From Chiloscyllium plagiosum (Eukaryota): DNA of 64,000 nucleotides. The notes beneath the pieces were generated by a model, which had not been told where the DNA came from, ran no database searches, and saw only the letters and a program-made list of their open reading frames with translations. The position numbers and the translations under genes are program-made. The DNA is taken from positions 9,136,700 to 9,200,699 of the forward strand of contig NC_057718.1 in the NCBI RefSeq assembly GCF_004010195.1, written 5' to 3'. Below, one piece after another: positions 25,696-39,083 of this stretch; position 1 is the first letter of the stretch, and each line of letters opens with the position of its first letter.

Positions 25696-25968
25696 CTGGC
25701 ACGGTGGCTCAGTGGTTAGCACTACTGCCTCACAGTGCCAGGGACCCGGGTTCGATTCCCAGCTCAGGTGACTGTCTGTGTGGAGTTTGCACACTCTCCC
25801 AGTGTCTGCCTGGGTTTCTTCCAGGGGCTCCAGTTTCCCTTCACAGTCCAATAATGTGCAGGTTAGGTGGATTACAGGGTCCCAGGGATTGGGAGGGATG
25901 CTCTTCAGATGCAGACGTGAGGGGCTAAATGGCCTGTTTCCAAGGTGTAGGAATTCTATGATTCCTCG
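25696..25968 (+). mobile_element. V-SINE (HE1-like)
   Basis: A box tggctcagtgg, B box ggttcgattcc, V-domain. A PLE inserted in its tail with TSD attctatgattcct. Confidence 0.9.
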
Positions 25969-26884
25969 AGGAGAAAGTGAGGACTGCAGATGCTGGAGAT
26001 CAGAGCTGAAAATGCCCGAAAAAGCCCGAAGAAGGGTTTATGCCTGAAACGTTGATTCTCCTGTTCCTTGGATGCTGCCTGACCTGCTGCACTTTTCCAG
26101 CAACACATTTTCAATTCTATGATTCCTGCCCATTGCACTATGGCAGCAACATCATTGAAGAGATCTAAGAATAAGGGGGAAGCCATTCAGGACTGAGATG
26201 AGGAAGAACTCCTTCATTCAGAGAGTGGAAAACCTGTGGAATTCTCTCCCACAGGAAGCTGTTGGGGCCAGTTCATTAGATATATTCAAGAGGGAGGCGG
26301 ACCTGGCCCTTGTGGCTAAAGGGATCAAGGGGTATAGAGAGAAAACGGGAATGGGATACTGAGATTGCATGATGGGGCAGGGCCAAAGGGCCTCTTTTTG
26401 CAGCTATGTTCCATATTTGTTTTATTGCTGTCTTTGTCCTCCTAGCATTTGGCAGGCCAGATACAGATCGCCCTCTCTCCCTAGCTCCCTCTGACAGAAC
26501 AGCCCAATTCTTAAACTCATCAGAAAATAAAAGGATGGACTGACATCCAATAACTCTATATTTTCTCGAATCAAAATGGATATTCCTGCATCATCATTCA
26601 CTACAGGGATTTGTTTCCAACAAATAAAGGCAAAATACTGCAGATGCTGGAAATCTGCAACAAACACAGAAAATGCTGGAGAAACTCAACAGGTCAGGCT
26701 GTATCTGTGGAAAGAGAAAAAAGAGTTAACACTGCAATGTGATGTGTCTTCAGGAAGAAAGAATTATGCTAGGCTTGCAATGTTAACTCTGTTTCTCTCT
26801 CCACAGATGCTACCAGACCCGCTGAGTTTCTCCCAGCACTTTCCATCTTTATTTCTTGTTTCTAACATTGTTTCTTACTCCTAC

Positions 26885-27122
26885 AGGAGATCAGTTAGCT
26901 TGAGCAGCTGGTTTGTGATCCAGAGTGAGAGCAACAACGTGGGTTCAATTCTCACACCAGCTAAGGTTACCATGAAGGACTCCCCTTCTCAGTCTCTCCT
27001 CTGGCCTGAGGCACGGTGACCTTTAGGTTAAATCACCACCACTCGTCTCTCTCTCTCTCTCTCTCTCACTGATGAGCGAGCTACCCTATGCTCTGATAAG
27101 ACTATGGCGACTCTGCCTTTAC
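26885..27122 (+). mobile_element. tRNA-derived SINE family C
   Basis: B-box-like gggttcaattc, internal (CT)n, tail ctatggcgact..ccttt. Confidence 0.55.
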
Positions 27123-27303
27123 CTCATTTCTATTTTCCTTGAACGAAGATTTGCATTTACATAGCATCTTTAATTTAACTTACTGACGTGATTTTGAAGT
27201 GCAGTCATTGTTGGCTTCTGGGAGATGGGATGAATTGTGCACAACAAGCTGTCTCAGGCAGCAACATGATCATCATCAAATAATCTGTTCCAGTGATCAC
27301 AAT

Positions 27304-27338
27304 CACCTGATGAAGGAGCGTCGCTCCGAAAGCTAGTG
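27304..27338 (+). ncRNA. Minimal hammerhead ribozyme motif, PLE family B
   Basis: Stem I CAC/GTG, CTGATGA, stem II GGAGC-GTC-GCTCC, GAAAG-CTA. Confidence 0.65.
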
Positions 27339-27471
27339 TGCTTCCAATTAAACCTGTTGGACTATAACCTGGTGTTGTGTGATTTTTAACTTTGTTTCAG
27401 TGATGGTTGGCTAGTTCAGGAAGATTCTTGTATTCAATGATTTGATTGACCTGTGCTTGACTACTTGATGG

Positions 27472-28205
27472 AAATGTATTGCTGGAAAAGCGCAGCAGGT
27501 CAGGCAGCATCTAGGGAACAGGAGAATCGACGTTTCGGGCATTAGCCCTTCTTCAGGAATGAGGAAAGTTGGTCCAGCAGGCTAAGATATTCCATATTCC
27601 CTATCTTTTATCTTAGCCTGCTGGACCAACTTTCCTCATTCCTGAAGAAGGGCTAATGCCCGAAACGTCGATTCTCCTGTTCCCTNNNNNNNNNNNNNNN
27701 NNNNNNNNNNNNNNNNNNNNNNNNNNNNNNNNNNNNNNNNNNNNNNNNNNNNNNNNNNNNNNNNNNNNNNNNNNNNNNNNNNNNNNNNNNNNNNNNNNNN
27801 NNNNNNNNNNNNNNNNNNNNNNNNNNNNNNNNNNNNNNNNNNNNNNNNNNNNNNNNNNNNNNNNNNNNNNNNNNNNNNNNNNNNNNNNNNNNNNNNNNNN
27901 NNNNNNNNNNNNNNNNNNNNNNNNNNNNNNNNNNNNNNNNNNNNNNNNNNNNNNNNNNNNNNNNNNNNNNNNNNNNNNNNNNNNNNNNNNNNNNNNNNNN
28001 NNNNNNNNNNNNNNNNNNNNNNNNNNNNNNNNNNNNNNNNNNNNNNNNNNNNNNNNNNNNNNNNNNNNNNNNNNNTGCTGGTAGGGGAGGGGAGGGAAAT
28101 ATATCCTTGGTGGTGGGGTCCGTTTGGAGGTGGCGGAAATGGAGGCGGATGATGCGCTGTACATGGAGGTTAGTGGGGTGGTAGGTGAGGACCAGTGGGG
28201 TTCTG
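27472..28205. mobile_element. PLE inverted ends plus a minus-strand coding fragment across the gap
   Basis: Inverted pair at 27472-27685. 28076-28203 (-) translates to RTPLVLTYHPTNLHVQRIIRLHFRHLQTDPTTKDIFPSPP, typical of the PLE RT-endonuclease linker. Confidence 0.8.
27686..28075. other. Assembly gap (390 N)
   Basis: Run of N. Confidence 1.
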
Positions 28206-28376
28206 ACTACTTGAGTCTGATAACTAATCTACGCTCTCTGTGCTTGATTGGTTAAGTCTGAGTCTTAACTCTGAGCAAAGGTGCACAGAAAGATACCAAA
28301 ATCAAGCTGCGAACATGTGCAGAGATATTTCAAAGCTTTTATGAATAAATGTGTTACATATTCTGTGTTACATGTA

Positions 28377-28690
28377 GGGCAGCACGGTGGCACAGTGGTT
28401 AGCACTGCTGCCTCACAGCACCAGAGTCCTGGGTTCAAATCCTGCCTCAGGCGACTGACTGTGTGGAGTTTGCACATTCTCCCCGTGCCTGCGTGGGTTT
28501 CCTCCGGGTGCTCCGGTTTCCTCCCACAGTCCAAAGATGTGCAGGTCAGGTGAATTGGCCATGCTAAATTGCCCGTAGTGTTAGGTGAAGGGCTAAGTGT
28601 AGGGGTATGGGTGGGTTGCGCTTCGGCGGGTCGGTGTGGACTTGTTGGGCCGAAGGGCCTGTTTCTACACTGTAGGTAATCTAATCTAAT
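28377..28690 (+). mobile_element. Young full-length V-SINE (HE1-like)
   Basis: A/B boxes, V-domain, CR1-derived tail ending in (AATCT)n; CpGs retained. Confidence 0.95.
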
Positions 28691-31093
28691 TTGGAATATT
28701 GTGTTATCTCTGCATCACTCTACTGTGTATAAAATATGCAGCATTGCTATCAATAGAGTGCTTTGGCCCTCTGTTTTATCCTCAAAATGGCAGGATGACA
28801 GTCCCTTTGTCCAACACCACTGTGTCTCTTCTCAAATTCTGCTCGAGATGTTGCAATGAGATTTGAAACAAGAATCCTGAGGACAAAAAGCTACAGAGGT
28901 GTCCACTGAGACACTGCCTGATACTGGATGTCCTGCTTCAGAATTGCACAGGAATTCCTTACATTTAAGTAAACAACAATAATTATTCCACTTGTTTCTG
29001 TGAAAAAATAAGCATCTGTGCTTTTAGCATCATTGAGCTGGTCCCCTGTGTCCCAGTGAGCCAACCACATTGAAAATTCCAAAGAAGAATCAAACTGGAC
29101 TCGAAATGTATACTCTTTCTCTCTCACCACTGATGCTGTCAGACCTGCTGAGTTTCTCTGTGTTTTTGTTGCAGATTTCCACCATCTGCAGTACTTTTGC
29201 CTTTTACACATTTAAAGCTGGGAATTAGGTGCACCGCAGTGTCACACAATTCTTCGGGCTTTCTCAATTGAGGGTGATACTCAAGCAAACTTCCTGCTTC
29301 TGTCAAGTTAGCCTGCCGAAGGGAGTCCCTCGGAATCGAGGGCAGTAAGTCTACACTGGGCCCTCTGCGTTCTGAGATGGGTTGAGAAGTCCGTATGGGA
29401 TAGGCCCTGATGGGAGGGTCAGGGAGGTGAATTGTTCACCTGGGTAGCTTCCAGCCCAACAGCCTCAATATTGCTCCCCAGATGCTGTCTGACCTGCTGT
29501 GTTTTTCCAGCACCACATCTATTGACTCCGGTTTCCAGCATCTGCAGTCCTTATTGTTTCCGAGGGCGATGAGTTGCTGGGTTATTGGGAGAGAGAGGAT
29601 GTTACTGCACGCTTTCAGGCAGGGTGAGAGGGAGAAGATTTAAAAGGGACCTAAGGGGCAGTTTTTTCACACAGAGAGTGGTGCGTGTATGGAATGAGCT
29701 GCCAGAGGAAGTGGTGGAGGCTGCTACAATTACAATATTTAACAGGTATCTGGATGGATATATGAATAGGAAGGGTTTAGAGGAATATGATCCAAGTGCT
29801 GGCAGATGAAACTAGATTAATTTAGGATATCTGGTTGGCATGGGTGAGTTGGACTGAAGGGACTGTTTGGAGAAAGAGAGGACTGCAGATACTAGAGATC
29901 AGAGTCGAGAATGTGGTGCTAGAAAAGCACAGCAGGTCAGGCAGCATTAGAGGAGCAGGAGAATCGACGTTTCGGGCATAAGCCTTTCCTGATGAAGGGC
30001 TTATGCCCGAAATGTCAATTCTCCTGCTCCTCGGATGCCGCCTGACCAGCTGTGCTTTTCTAGCACCACATTCTCGACTCTGCAGGGTCCGTTTCCGTGC
30101 TACACATCTCTATGACTCCATGACCTCGCCTTTGCCTCTCTGCCCATTTGCACATTTCCCAACAAAGTCTCCCAATATGTCCGGTGTCTTCCTAAATCTA
30201 CCACTTTGGTCAGACACGAGACAGTGTCTCCCATGGGTCTGACGCCTGTCTGTGTTGAAGCCAGTCCTCACTGCATTTGTGAGTGAATCACTGTGAAAGC
30301 CAACAGCTGGTGCACTGCAGGAAGGACGATGCGAGCTAGTCGGCTACTGTCCTATAAAAACACAATGTTAGTTTGTTGTCCCTCATCCCACAAGCCAAGA
30401 CTTCCCCTTCTGTCCCTGCCCCCACCACAACAACCGAAACCACATCCCAGGCAGAGGCCAGGCCAACGCAGGAAGGGAACATAAGCCAACTGCGCAGGAC
30501 GTTGCCTGAAACTAAGCCTTGTTCTTCCTGCCTCCTGCTTGTCTACCTTGAAACTTAGCAAGGGCATTATTGGCAGCAGGCATTGGTTGGGAAGAATGCA
30601 GGACCACCCACCTTTTCCTCTCTAACCCGCCCCCTCCCCTTCCTCCTTTCTCTTGCCTGTCTCACACAAGGACTTAGAAAAACACCACACCACTAATGTG
30701 TCTGTTTCCTAATCATAGCTGCCCCTAAATTGTACACTCCCCTCCCTCCTGCCTGTCCATCTCATTTCACATCAAATCTAACGTAGCAGTTCCACACCCA
30801 ATCCTATCAGGGAGAGGGGGTGAGGATGAGCAGCTGGAGATGTTGCAACCGCTGAATCGCTGCGGGACAGAGGTTTAGCATCCCCCCAGATCCGGGCGGA
30901 AAGGGATTGAAAGGAATGTGAACTGTCCCCACCAACCAGCTGAGCAGTAATGAGATGATTGTTTTCAGGGAGACTCCCCCACAGCTGTTAATGTCATCCT
31001 TCTGTTGCACAGCCTATGTGGTGTGGGGAGCGAGGGGGGATGGTGCAGGAGCCCATATTAGAAATAAGGGTTTGAAAACTCTGCCAATGACTG

Positions 31094-31303
31094 CAGGTTG
31101 TTCTGCTATAACATGCATTTCGTTAATGTGAATTCACTGTAAAGCGATTGACAAACACTGTTTCTAAAACGCAAACTTTTAAAACGTGCGGTGGCTTTAA
31201 CATGATTACATCGCCAACATTTTAAGCACTGTTCCTAAATCATGATTTTTCTATAACACAGGGGGTGCACAAGAACGCAACCATCGTGTTACAGAACTAT
31301 CGG
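31094..31303. mobile_element. Non-autonomous Tc1/mariner (Tigger/pogo-like) MITE
   Basis: Left TIR caggttgttctgctataac; degenerate right TIR gtta---cagaactatcgg followed by TA. Confidence 0.5.
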
Positions 31304-31337
31304 TAGACATTTCTCCACATGGCATTACCAGTCTCTA

Positions 31338-31547
31338 GCTGAAAATGTGTTGCTGGAAAAGCGCAGCAGGTCAGGCAGCATCCAAGGAGCAGGAGAATCG
31401 ACGTTTCGGGCATGAGCCCTGAAGAAAGGCTCATGCCCGAAACGTCGATTCTCCTGCTCCTTGGATGCTGCCTGACCTGCTGCGCTTTTCCAGCAACACA
31501 TTTTCAGCTCTGATTCTCCAGCATCTGCAGTCCTCACTTTCTCCATC
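31338..31547. mobile_element. PLE inverted ends with 11-bp TSD
   Basis: TSD accagtctcta at 31327-31337 and 31548-31558; hammerhead-like core cctgaagaaaggctcatgcccgaaacgtc. Confidence 0.85.
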
Positions 31548-32809
31548 ACCAGTCTCTAATCACATTCTGGGCTGAGTACATATAGGTACACACCAGCTAT
31601 AGGTTTTCAATTTGGGCTGAGTGGAAATTTATTTTTCTTACATTTGCTCAGGTTTGAGATGCCAAAACCCTTCACATTTTGCCAATGGGTTTCTCTATGA
31701 GTGAGAGACCTTGATGCAAATGTGTTGCATTCCTGCAAGCCATGGTTAGCTATGTAAGGTCATCGTGATTTACCCTGGGGAGTGAGCTTGCTGCTAATCA
31801 CTGAATTAACACCTTCATTTGAAATTCCTTGCCTGCCATTGTTTTACATAATGAACATGTTTGACCCTTTTTAGTGTAAACAGAGAAACAGCACAGTGGC
31901 TCAGTGGTTAACACTTCTGCCTGTGTGGAGTTTGCACATTCTCCCCGTGTCTGCGTGGGTTTCCTCCAGGTGCTCCGATTACCTCCCACAGTCTAAAGAT
32001 GTGCAGGTCAGGTAGATTGGCTGTGGGAAATACAACGTCATAGAGACAGGGTGGGATGCAGTTCAGAGGGTTAGTGTGGACTCGATGGGCCGAGTGGCCT
32101 GCCACCACACCATAGGGATTCTATATGTTGCTGCTGGAGGAAGGAATTTGAGATGCTGCTGGTAAACACACTCTATCTCAACCTCATACATGGCACTAAG
32201 ACACAAATCCATTCAGACTCCATAAATAAAAACTCATCGATAGACACCTCCACCTTGTACCCCTCTCAGGAATTCACGCATTTCTCTGGTTTAACAGACT
32301 TTATCCTCTCTGCATAAAGATATGCAAATATCCCCCCTTGTTTCAGAAGGCAACATTTTCACCTCTGGACTTAAAGGTTGGGCCTTTGACCCCCTTTCCC
32401 TCTAATTAAAGGCAGTCTTTATACTTGAATGCATTACTCAGAGTGTTTAAGGATTGAAATACAATTATACATCATAACAACTGTAGCCTTTTATTTTTCT
32501 GTGCTTTTGATTGTGGACTGAAGTGGGGATAAAAGACAGAAATTAAGCCATTTGAATGTGCTTAGCCTTTCTATATGATCATTATTCAATCTCCATTATA
32601 CAACGTTCTCATTTTCTCCTCACGCCTTCAAAATCTAAACAAAAATCAATCTCTTTCTTGACTCTATTGAGTTGGCTTCACAGTCATCCACCTTACACCA
32701 TTTCTCAAAGTCAGGGACTTCATTGGCTGCGAAGGGCTTACGGACATGCTGAGGTCTTGAAAGGTGCTATGCAAATGCAGATGCCTCCTTTTCCTTTCTT
32801 TGAATGAGG

Positions 32810-34775
32810 AAAAAGGGCAGAACTGGGGATGTTCGCCAATGATTGCACAATGTTCAGCACCAGTTGCGACTCCTCAGACACTGAAGCAGTCCATGTTTAA
32901 ATGCAACGAGATCTGGGCAATTTGCAGGCTTGGGCTGACAGGTGGCAAGTAACATTCATGCAACATGAATGCCAAGCAATGACCATCTCCAAAAAGATTT
33001 GATGTGATTTGATTATTATTGTCACATGTATCTGGATAGAGTGAAAAGTTTTGTTTTTCATGCAGTACAGGCAGACCATACCATAACAAGTCCATTCGGG
33101 TAATAGAACAGAGCGAGGAATACAATGTTACAGCTGCAGAGAAAGAGCAAGATCAACATTAAACTTAAAATTTGAAAGGTCCATTCAGAAGTCTAATAAC
33201 AGTGAGGAAGAAGCTGTTCTTGAACTTGTTGGTGCGTGTGCTTAAGCTTTTGTATCTTCTACCTGACAGAGGAGATTGGAGGAGATTGCAACCGGGGTGG
33301 GAGGGGTCTTTGCTGATGTTGGCTGCCTTCCTGAGGCAGCATGAAGTGTGGATGGAGTCAACGGATGGAAGGTTGGTTTGCGTGATGGACTGGGCTATGT
33401 TCCCAACTCTCTGTAATTTCTTATGGTTCTGAGTAGACCTGTACCAAGCTATGATCCATTTGGATAGAATGCTTTCTGTGGTGCATCTATAAAAATTGGT
33501 GAGGGTCCTTATAGACACGCTGAAGTTCCTTAGCCTCCTAAGGAAAAAGAGCATTGTTGTGCTTTCTTGACCGTTGCATCAAAGTGGTTGGACCAGGTCA
33601 GATTGTTGGTGATTGTCACTCCGAGGAACTTGGTGCTCTCGACCATATCTACCTCAGCTTCATGTATGTAGACAGGGACCTGTCCTCCTCCTTGCTTCCT
33701 GAAGTGAGTGATCTTTTTGCTGACAAAAAGCGACAATTCATCCATTATCCCTTGACATTCAATGGTGTTACCATCACTGAAACCCCCATTATTAAGATCC
33801 TGGGGGTTGCAATTGACCAGAAACTCTACTGGACTTGCCGTACGAACACAGTGGTTACAAGAGCAGGTCAGAGGCTAGGAATACAGCAGCGAGTAACCAA
33901 CCTCCAAAATCTCTCCAAAACCTGTTCACCATCCACAAAGCACAAGCCAGGCGTGTGATGGAATACTCTCCATTTGCCTGGATGGGGGCAGCTCCAACAA
34001 CACTCAAGAAGCTTGATACCGTCCAGGACAAAGCAGCCCGTTTGACTGGCACCACATCCACTTCATCCTCCACCAACACCCAGTAGTAGCAGTATGTACT
34101 ATAGAACATTACAGTGCAGTACAGACCCTTTGGCCCTCGACGATGCACCAACCTGTGGATCCAATCTATTCTACGTATTCCATTTTCATCCATATGTTTA
34201 TCCAATGATCATTTAAATGCCCTAAAATTTGGCAAGTCTACTACTATTGCAGGCAGTGCGTTCCATGTCCCTACTACTCTCTAAGTAAAGAAACTATCTC
34301 TGATATCTGTCCTTTATATCACCCCTCAATTTAAAGCTATGTCCCCTCATGCTAGCCATCACCATTCGAGGAGAAAGACTCTCACTATCCATCCTATCTA
34401 ACCCTCTGATTATCTTATGTGTCTCTGATTATCTGCAAGATGCACCAGAAATTCACCAAAGATTCACCTTCCAAATCCACAACCACATCCATCCAGAAGG
34501 GCAAGGGCAGCAGATACATGGGAACACCATCAGCTGCAAGTTCCCCTCGAAGCCACTCACCATCCTGACTTGGAAATATATCGCCGTTCCTTCACCGTCG
34601 TTGGGTCAAAATCTTGGAATTCCCACTCTCAGGGCTTTGTGGGAAATACCTACAGTACATGGGCTGCAACGGTTCAAGAAGGCAGCTCACCACCCATCTT
34701 CTCAAGGGCAACTAGGGATGCACAATAAATGCTGGCATGGCCAGCAAAGACCATTTCTGCCGACTAATTGAAGGA
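32810..34775 (+). mobile_element. CR1 family-B LINE fragment, interrupted by Rex1 (-) and CR1 (-) insertions
   Basis: LINE-B sequence at 32810-32995, 33722-34090 and 34430-34775 is collinear with 3481-4340. Confidence 0.8.
33000..33720 (-). mobile_element. Rex1/Babar LINE 3' fragment
   Basis: FFLRRLRNF..LTNFYRCTTESIL, DPSHPG and SGRRYKS motifs. Confidence 0.9.
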
Positions 34776-35336
34776 AAAGGAATTGCTCAACAAGATCGAG
34801 GCTGATCAATGGATAAGACCATGGTCAATGACAGCCACAAGGCAACTTGTTTTGCATGAACAGGCAGATAGGAGCTTCGATTAATGCCTAATCTGATAGA
34901 GGGCACTGCGAACTGTGCAGTACTCCCTTGGAACCATGCCACTAAATAGGTGAGATGGTTACACCTGAGTCCACCCCATGTTCTACAGACCTGGTCTCCT
35001 GGGCACTAAGTAAATGGTCAGCCCACTGAACATTCTGAACAAAGAACAGAACTTCGTGTGAGTGTGTGGAGCGACTACCAGAGATACCTGCTCCCATGGT
35101 GCACACCGCTCCATGGTTATTTGTCACGTGTTTTGTAGAATTTAAAACTGATATTCCCTGTGGCACCCTTCTGTGTTTCCCTGATGCATTTCCAGAAGAA
35201 GTTCTTTTGAAGTATAAGCTCAGAAAATTAGAGTTTCTGAAGCATTTTTTGTGTCAAGTGAAGTGGCAGCTCTTACACAAACAGCAATCAGTGCAAGATC
35301 CATAGTTAACCCTGAACTTAAATAAATAAATCAAAG

Positions 35337-36436
35337 ATATAAAATCATGAGGGGCATGGATATGATAAATAGACAAAGTCTTTTCCCTGGGGTGGGGAGT
35401 CCAGAACTAGAGGGCATAGAGTCATAGAGTCATAGAGATGTACAGCATGGAAACAGACCCTTCAGTCAAACCCGTCCATGCCAACCAGATATCCCAACCC
35501 AATCTAGTCCCACCTGCCAGCACCCGGCCCATATCCCTCCAAACCCTTCCTATTCATATACCCATCCAAATGCCTCTCAAATCTTGCAATTGTACCAGCC
35601 TCCACCACATCCTCTGGCAGCTCATTCCATACACGTTCCACCCTCTGCGTGAAAAAGTCGCCCCTTAGGTCTCTTTTATATCTTTCCCCTCTCACCCTAA
35701 ACCTATGCCCTCTAGTTCTGGACTCCCTGACCCCAGGGAAAAGTCTTTGTCTATTTATCCTATCCATGCCCCTCATAATTTTGTAAACCTCTATAAGGTC
35801 ACCCCTCAGCCTCCGACGCTCCAGGGAAAACAGCCCCAGCGTGTTCAGCCTCTCCCTGTAGCTTAGATCCTCCATCAATCTTCTTTGTTACTTCTTCAAA
35901 AAACTCAATCAAGTTTGTGAAACATGATTTCCCACGCACAAAGCCATATTGACTATCCTAAATCAATCCTTGCCTTTCCAAATACATGTACATCCTTTCC
36001 CTCAGGATTCCCTCCAACAACTTGCCCACCACCGAGGTAAGGCTCACTGGTCTATAGTTCCCTGGCTTGTCTTTACCGCCCTTCTTAAACAGTGGCACCA
36101 CGTTTGCCAACCTCCAGTCTTCCGGCACCTCACCTGTGACTATTGATGACACAACACTATGGTGTAGGGTGAGAGGGAAAAGATATAAAAGAGACCTAAG
36201 GGGCAACTTTTTCACACAGATGTGGTGCATGTATGGAATGAGCTGCCAGAGGAAATGGTGGAGGCTGGTACAATTGCAACATTTAAAAGACATTTGGATG
36301 GGTACATGAATAGGAAGGGTTTGGAGGGATATGGGCTGACTGTTGGCAGATGGGACTAGATTGGGTCGGGATACCTGGTCAGAATGGACAAGTTGGACCA
36401 AAGGGTCTGTTTCCATGCTGTACATCTCTATGACTC
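35337..36436. mobile_element. Nested CR1 copies: minus-strand CR1 pieces (35420-36150) inside a plus-strand CR1 3' end
   Basis: The plus CR1 breaks at gggcatag (~35419) and resumes at agggtgagag (~36166). ORF 35504-35878(-) is the CR1 C-terminus. Confidence 0.85.
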
Positions 36437-38099
36437 TGGAGATCTGAAACAAACTGGAAAAACTCAGCAGGTGTAGTAGCATCTGGGCAGAGAAAGCAGA
36501 ATTAATCTTTCGAGTCCTGTGACCCTCTTGAACAACAAGAAGCAGCTGGGAATAGGCGATCTTTATGCTGATGACAAGGTGCTGCGGAAGGGCGGGTGGT
36601 AGGAGTGAGCAGATAGGTGGAGAAGGAGCCCAGGAACAGAGAAAGAGGTGCGCTGACAAAGCAATTGTCGATAGTAAGCCAGAGAAGAGGACAAACTGAA
36701 TAGATGATAACGGGGACTATGAGTTGCTGAAAATGTTGAAACTCAGCACCACCCTCTTGACCAGTCCATCTTCCCTCCCACCTATCCGCCCCACCCTCCT
36801 CTCCAACCTATCACCTTCTCCCCCACCTTTATCCACCTATCGCATTTGCAGCTACCTTCCCCCCAGCCCCACCCCCCCTCCCATTTATCTCTCAGCCCCC
36901 TTGGCCCACAAGCCTCAATCCTGATGAAGGGCTTATGCCCGAAATGTAAACTCTCCTGTTCCTTGGATGCTCCCTGACCTGCTGTGCTTTACCAACACCA
37001 CCCATTTTGACTCTGATCTTTGGTATCTGCAGTCCTCAATTTCTCCCAGTACTCAAAGCAACCTATGGTGACAAGACTTGTGGGGGTGCAGGCACGTGTT
37101 CTATGCGTGCGTTGCAGGGAGGTTTTCATTTTCCAAAGTTATTAAACTCGACATTGAGTCCTGAATGCAGGAGATGAGGTGTTGTTCCTCTGTCTTTTAT
37201 CAATTTAGTCGTGGGATGAGGGCATCTCCAGTTAGGCCAGCATTTATTGCCCAACCTTAATTACCCAGAGGGCAGTTCAGAGTCAACCACATTGCTATGA
37301 TTCTGGAGTCACATTCAGGCTAGACCAGGTAAACATCATCCGAGGAGCAGGAGAGATTTTACCCAAAATGTTGATTTTCCTGCTCCTCGGATGCTGCCTG
37401 ACCGGCTGTGTTTTTCCAGCACCACTCTAATCTAGACTCTGATTTCCAGCATTTGCAGTCCTCACTTTTGCCCGGGTATGCATCATGTAGATTTCCTTCC
37501 CTAAAGGGCATTAGTACATCAGGGAGGGGGAGGTTCCCTCCAAACAGTGGTTAAATGGTCAGCATTAGACCCTTAAATCCAGACTTCTTGCTTTGATTGA
37601 ATTCAAATTCGACCAGCTCCTGTGATGGAATTTGAACCCAGGTCCCCAGAGCACTTTTTGGATGAACAGTCAAATGATACTACCATTGCCTACCCAGCTC
37701 ACATTGAGCCTCATGAAGGAGGCTTGATAGAATAACATGTATATATATCACCTTGAGCTGATGGAACAGACTTGAGGGACTGAATAGCCTCCTCCTGCTG
37801 TGATGTTCCTTCATCTCTGTAGAGATTGAGTGTTGATATCGGCACATTCATGAATCAGAACCAACTTCCAAACAAGAAGGAATAAAGGAAAGGAGATTTC
37901 TCCATCTCATAGGGTATTCCCCAGACATTAGAGAATCCAGAGGGGAGAGGCCCGGTAATCAGTCAATCTCACCTTTCCTGTATGTGTAGACTTATCAGTA
38001 CATTACACTAGCAGGAATGATGAAGGGCCCATGCTCTAAACATTGACTCTCCTGCTCCTCAGATATTGCCTGACCTGCTGTGCTTTTCCAGCACCACAC

Positions 38100-38503
38100 T
38101 TTTCGATATATATTCAACACTACATTCTCTACAGGTACCCAATACCATCTTTCAGAAGTTTATTTTATTCCTTCATTGGATGAGGGCATCACTGGTGAGG
38201 TAGTATTTATTGGCTATCCCTAATTGCCCAGAGAGCAGTTAAGAGTCAATGCTGTGGTTCTGGAGTCACATGTAGGCCAGACCAGGTGAGGATGGCAGAT
38301 TTCCTTCCCAAAAGGACTTTAGTGAAACAGATGGGGTTTTCCCCGACAATAGCTTCATGGTCATCAGATTCTTCCCTCCAGATTATTATTGAATTCAAAT
38401 TCTACCATCTGCCATGATAGGATTGAACCGAGATCCCCAGAATGTTATCGGAGTCTCTGGATTAACAGTCCAGTGATAAATATCACTAAGACATAGACTC
38501 CCC
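38100..38503 (-). mobile_element. SINE family B
   Basis: Reverse complement of the 15872-16195 family. Confidence 0.8.
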
Positions 38504-38771
38504 TTTAAGGTAGACCCTGCAGTTTTTCACCTTACATAGAGGTTTCAGGGTTTGTTTGAATATTTACCAGAATCCTTGGGCAATTGTGTTAATTGTTTTA
38601 TTCGCGTTAGGGGTTTGGGCATGGCTGGCACAGCTGACAGTTGTTGGCACTTCCTCGTTGCTTTCTTTAACTAGTGCGGCCACTGTGGTGCTGGTTGTTC
38701 AGGAAGGAATTCCAAGATTTAACCCAATTCCAGATAGTTTGTTGCCTTGGAAAAGGATTTACCAGAGGTTT

Positions 38772-39083
38772 TTAGATTAGATTACATTACAGTGTGGAAA
38801 CAGGCCCTTCGGCCCAACAAGTCCACACCAACCCGCTGAAGCGCAACCCACCCATACCCCTACATTTACCCCTTACCTAACACTACGGGCAATTTAGCAT
38901 GGCCAATTCACCTGACCTGCACATCTTTGGACTGTGGGAGGAAACCGGAGCACCCAGAGGAAACCCACGCAGACACGGGGAGAACGTGCAAACTCCACAC
39001 AGTCAGTCGCCTGAGGCAGGAATTGAACCCGGATCTCTGGTGCTGTGAGGCAGCAGTGCTAACCACTGTGCCACCGTGCCGCC
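38772..39083 (-). mobile_element. Young full-length V-SINE
   Basis: Near-identical reverse complement of 28377-28690. Confidence 0.95.

Noticed and set aside
27613..28164. Long ORFs over the first gap
   Set aside because: Artefacts of N runs.
28377..28450. tRNA genes at V-SINE heads (also 25696, 44809, 62309 and others)
   Set aside because: They have A/B boxes but run into the V-domain and LINE tail and lack a complete acceptor stem; they are SINEs.
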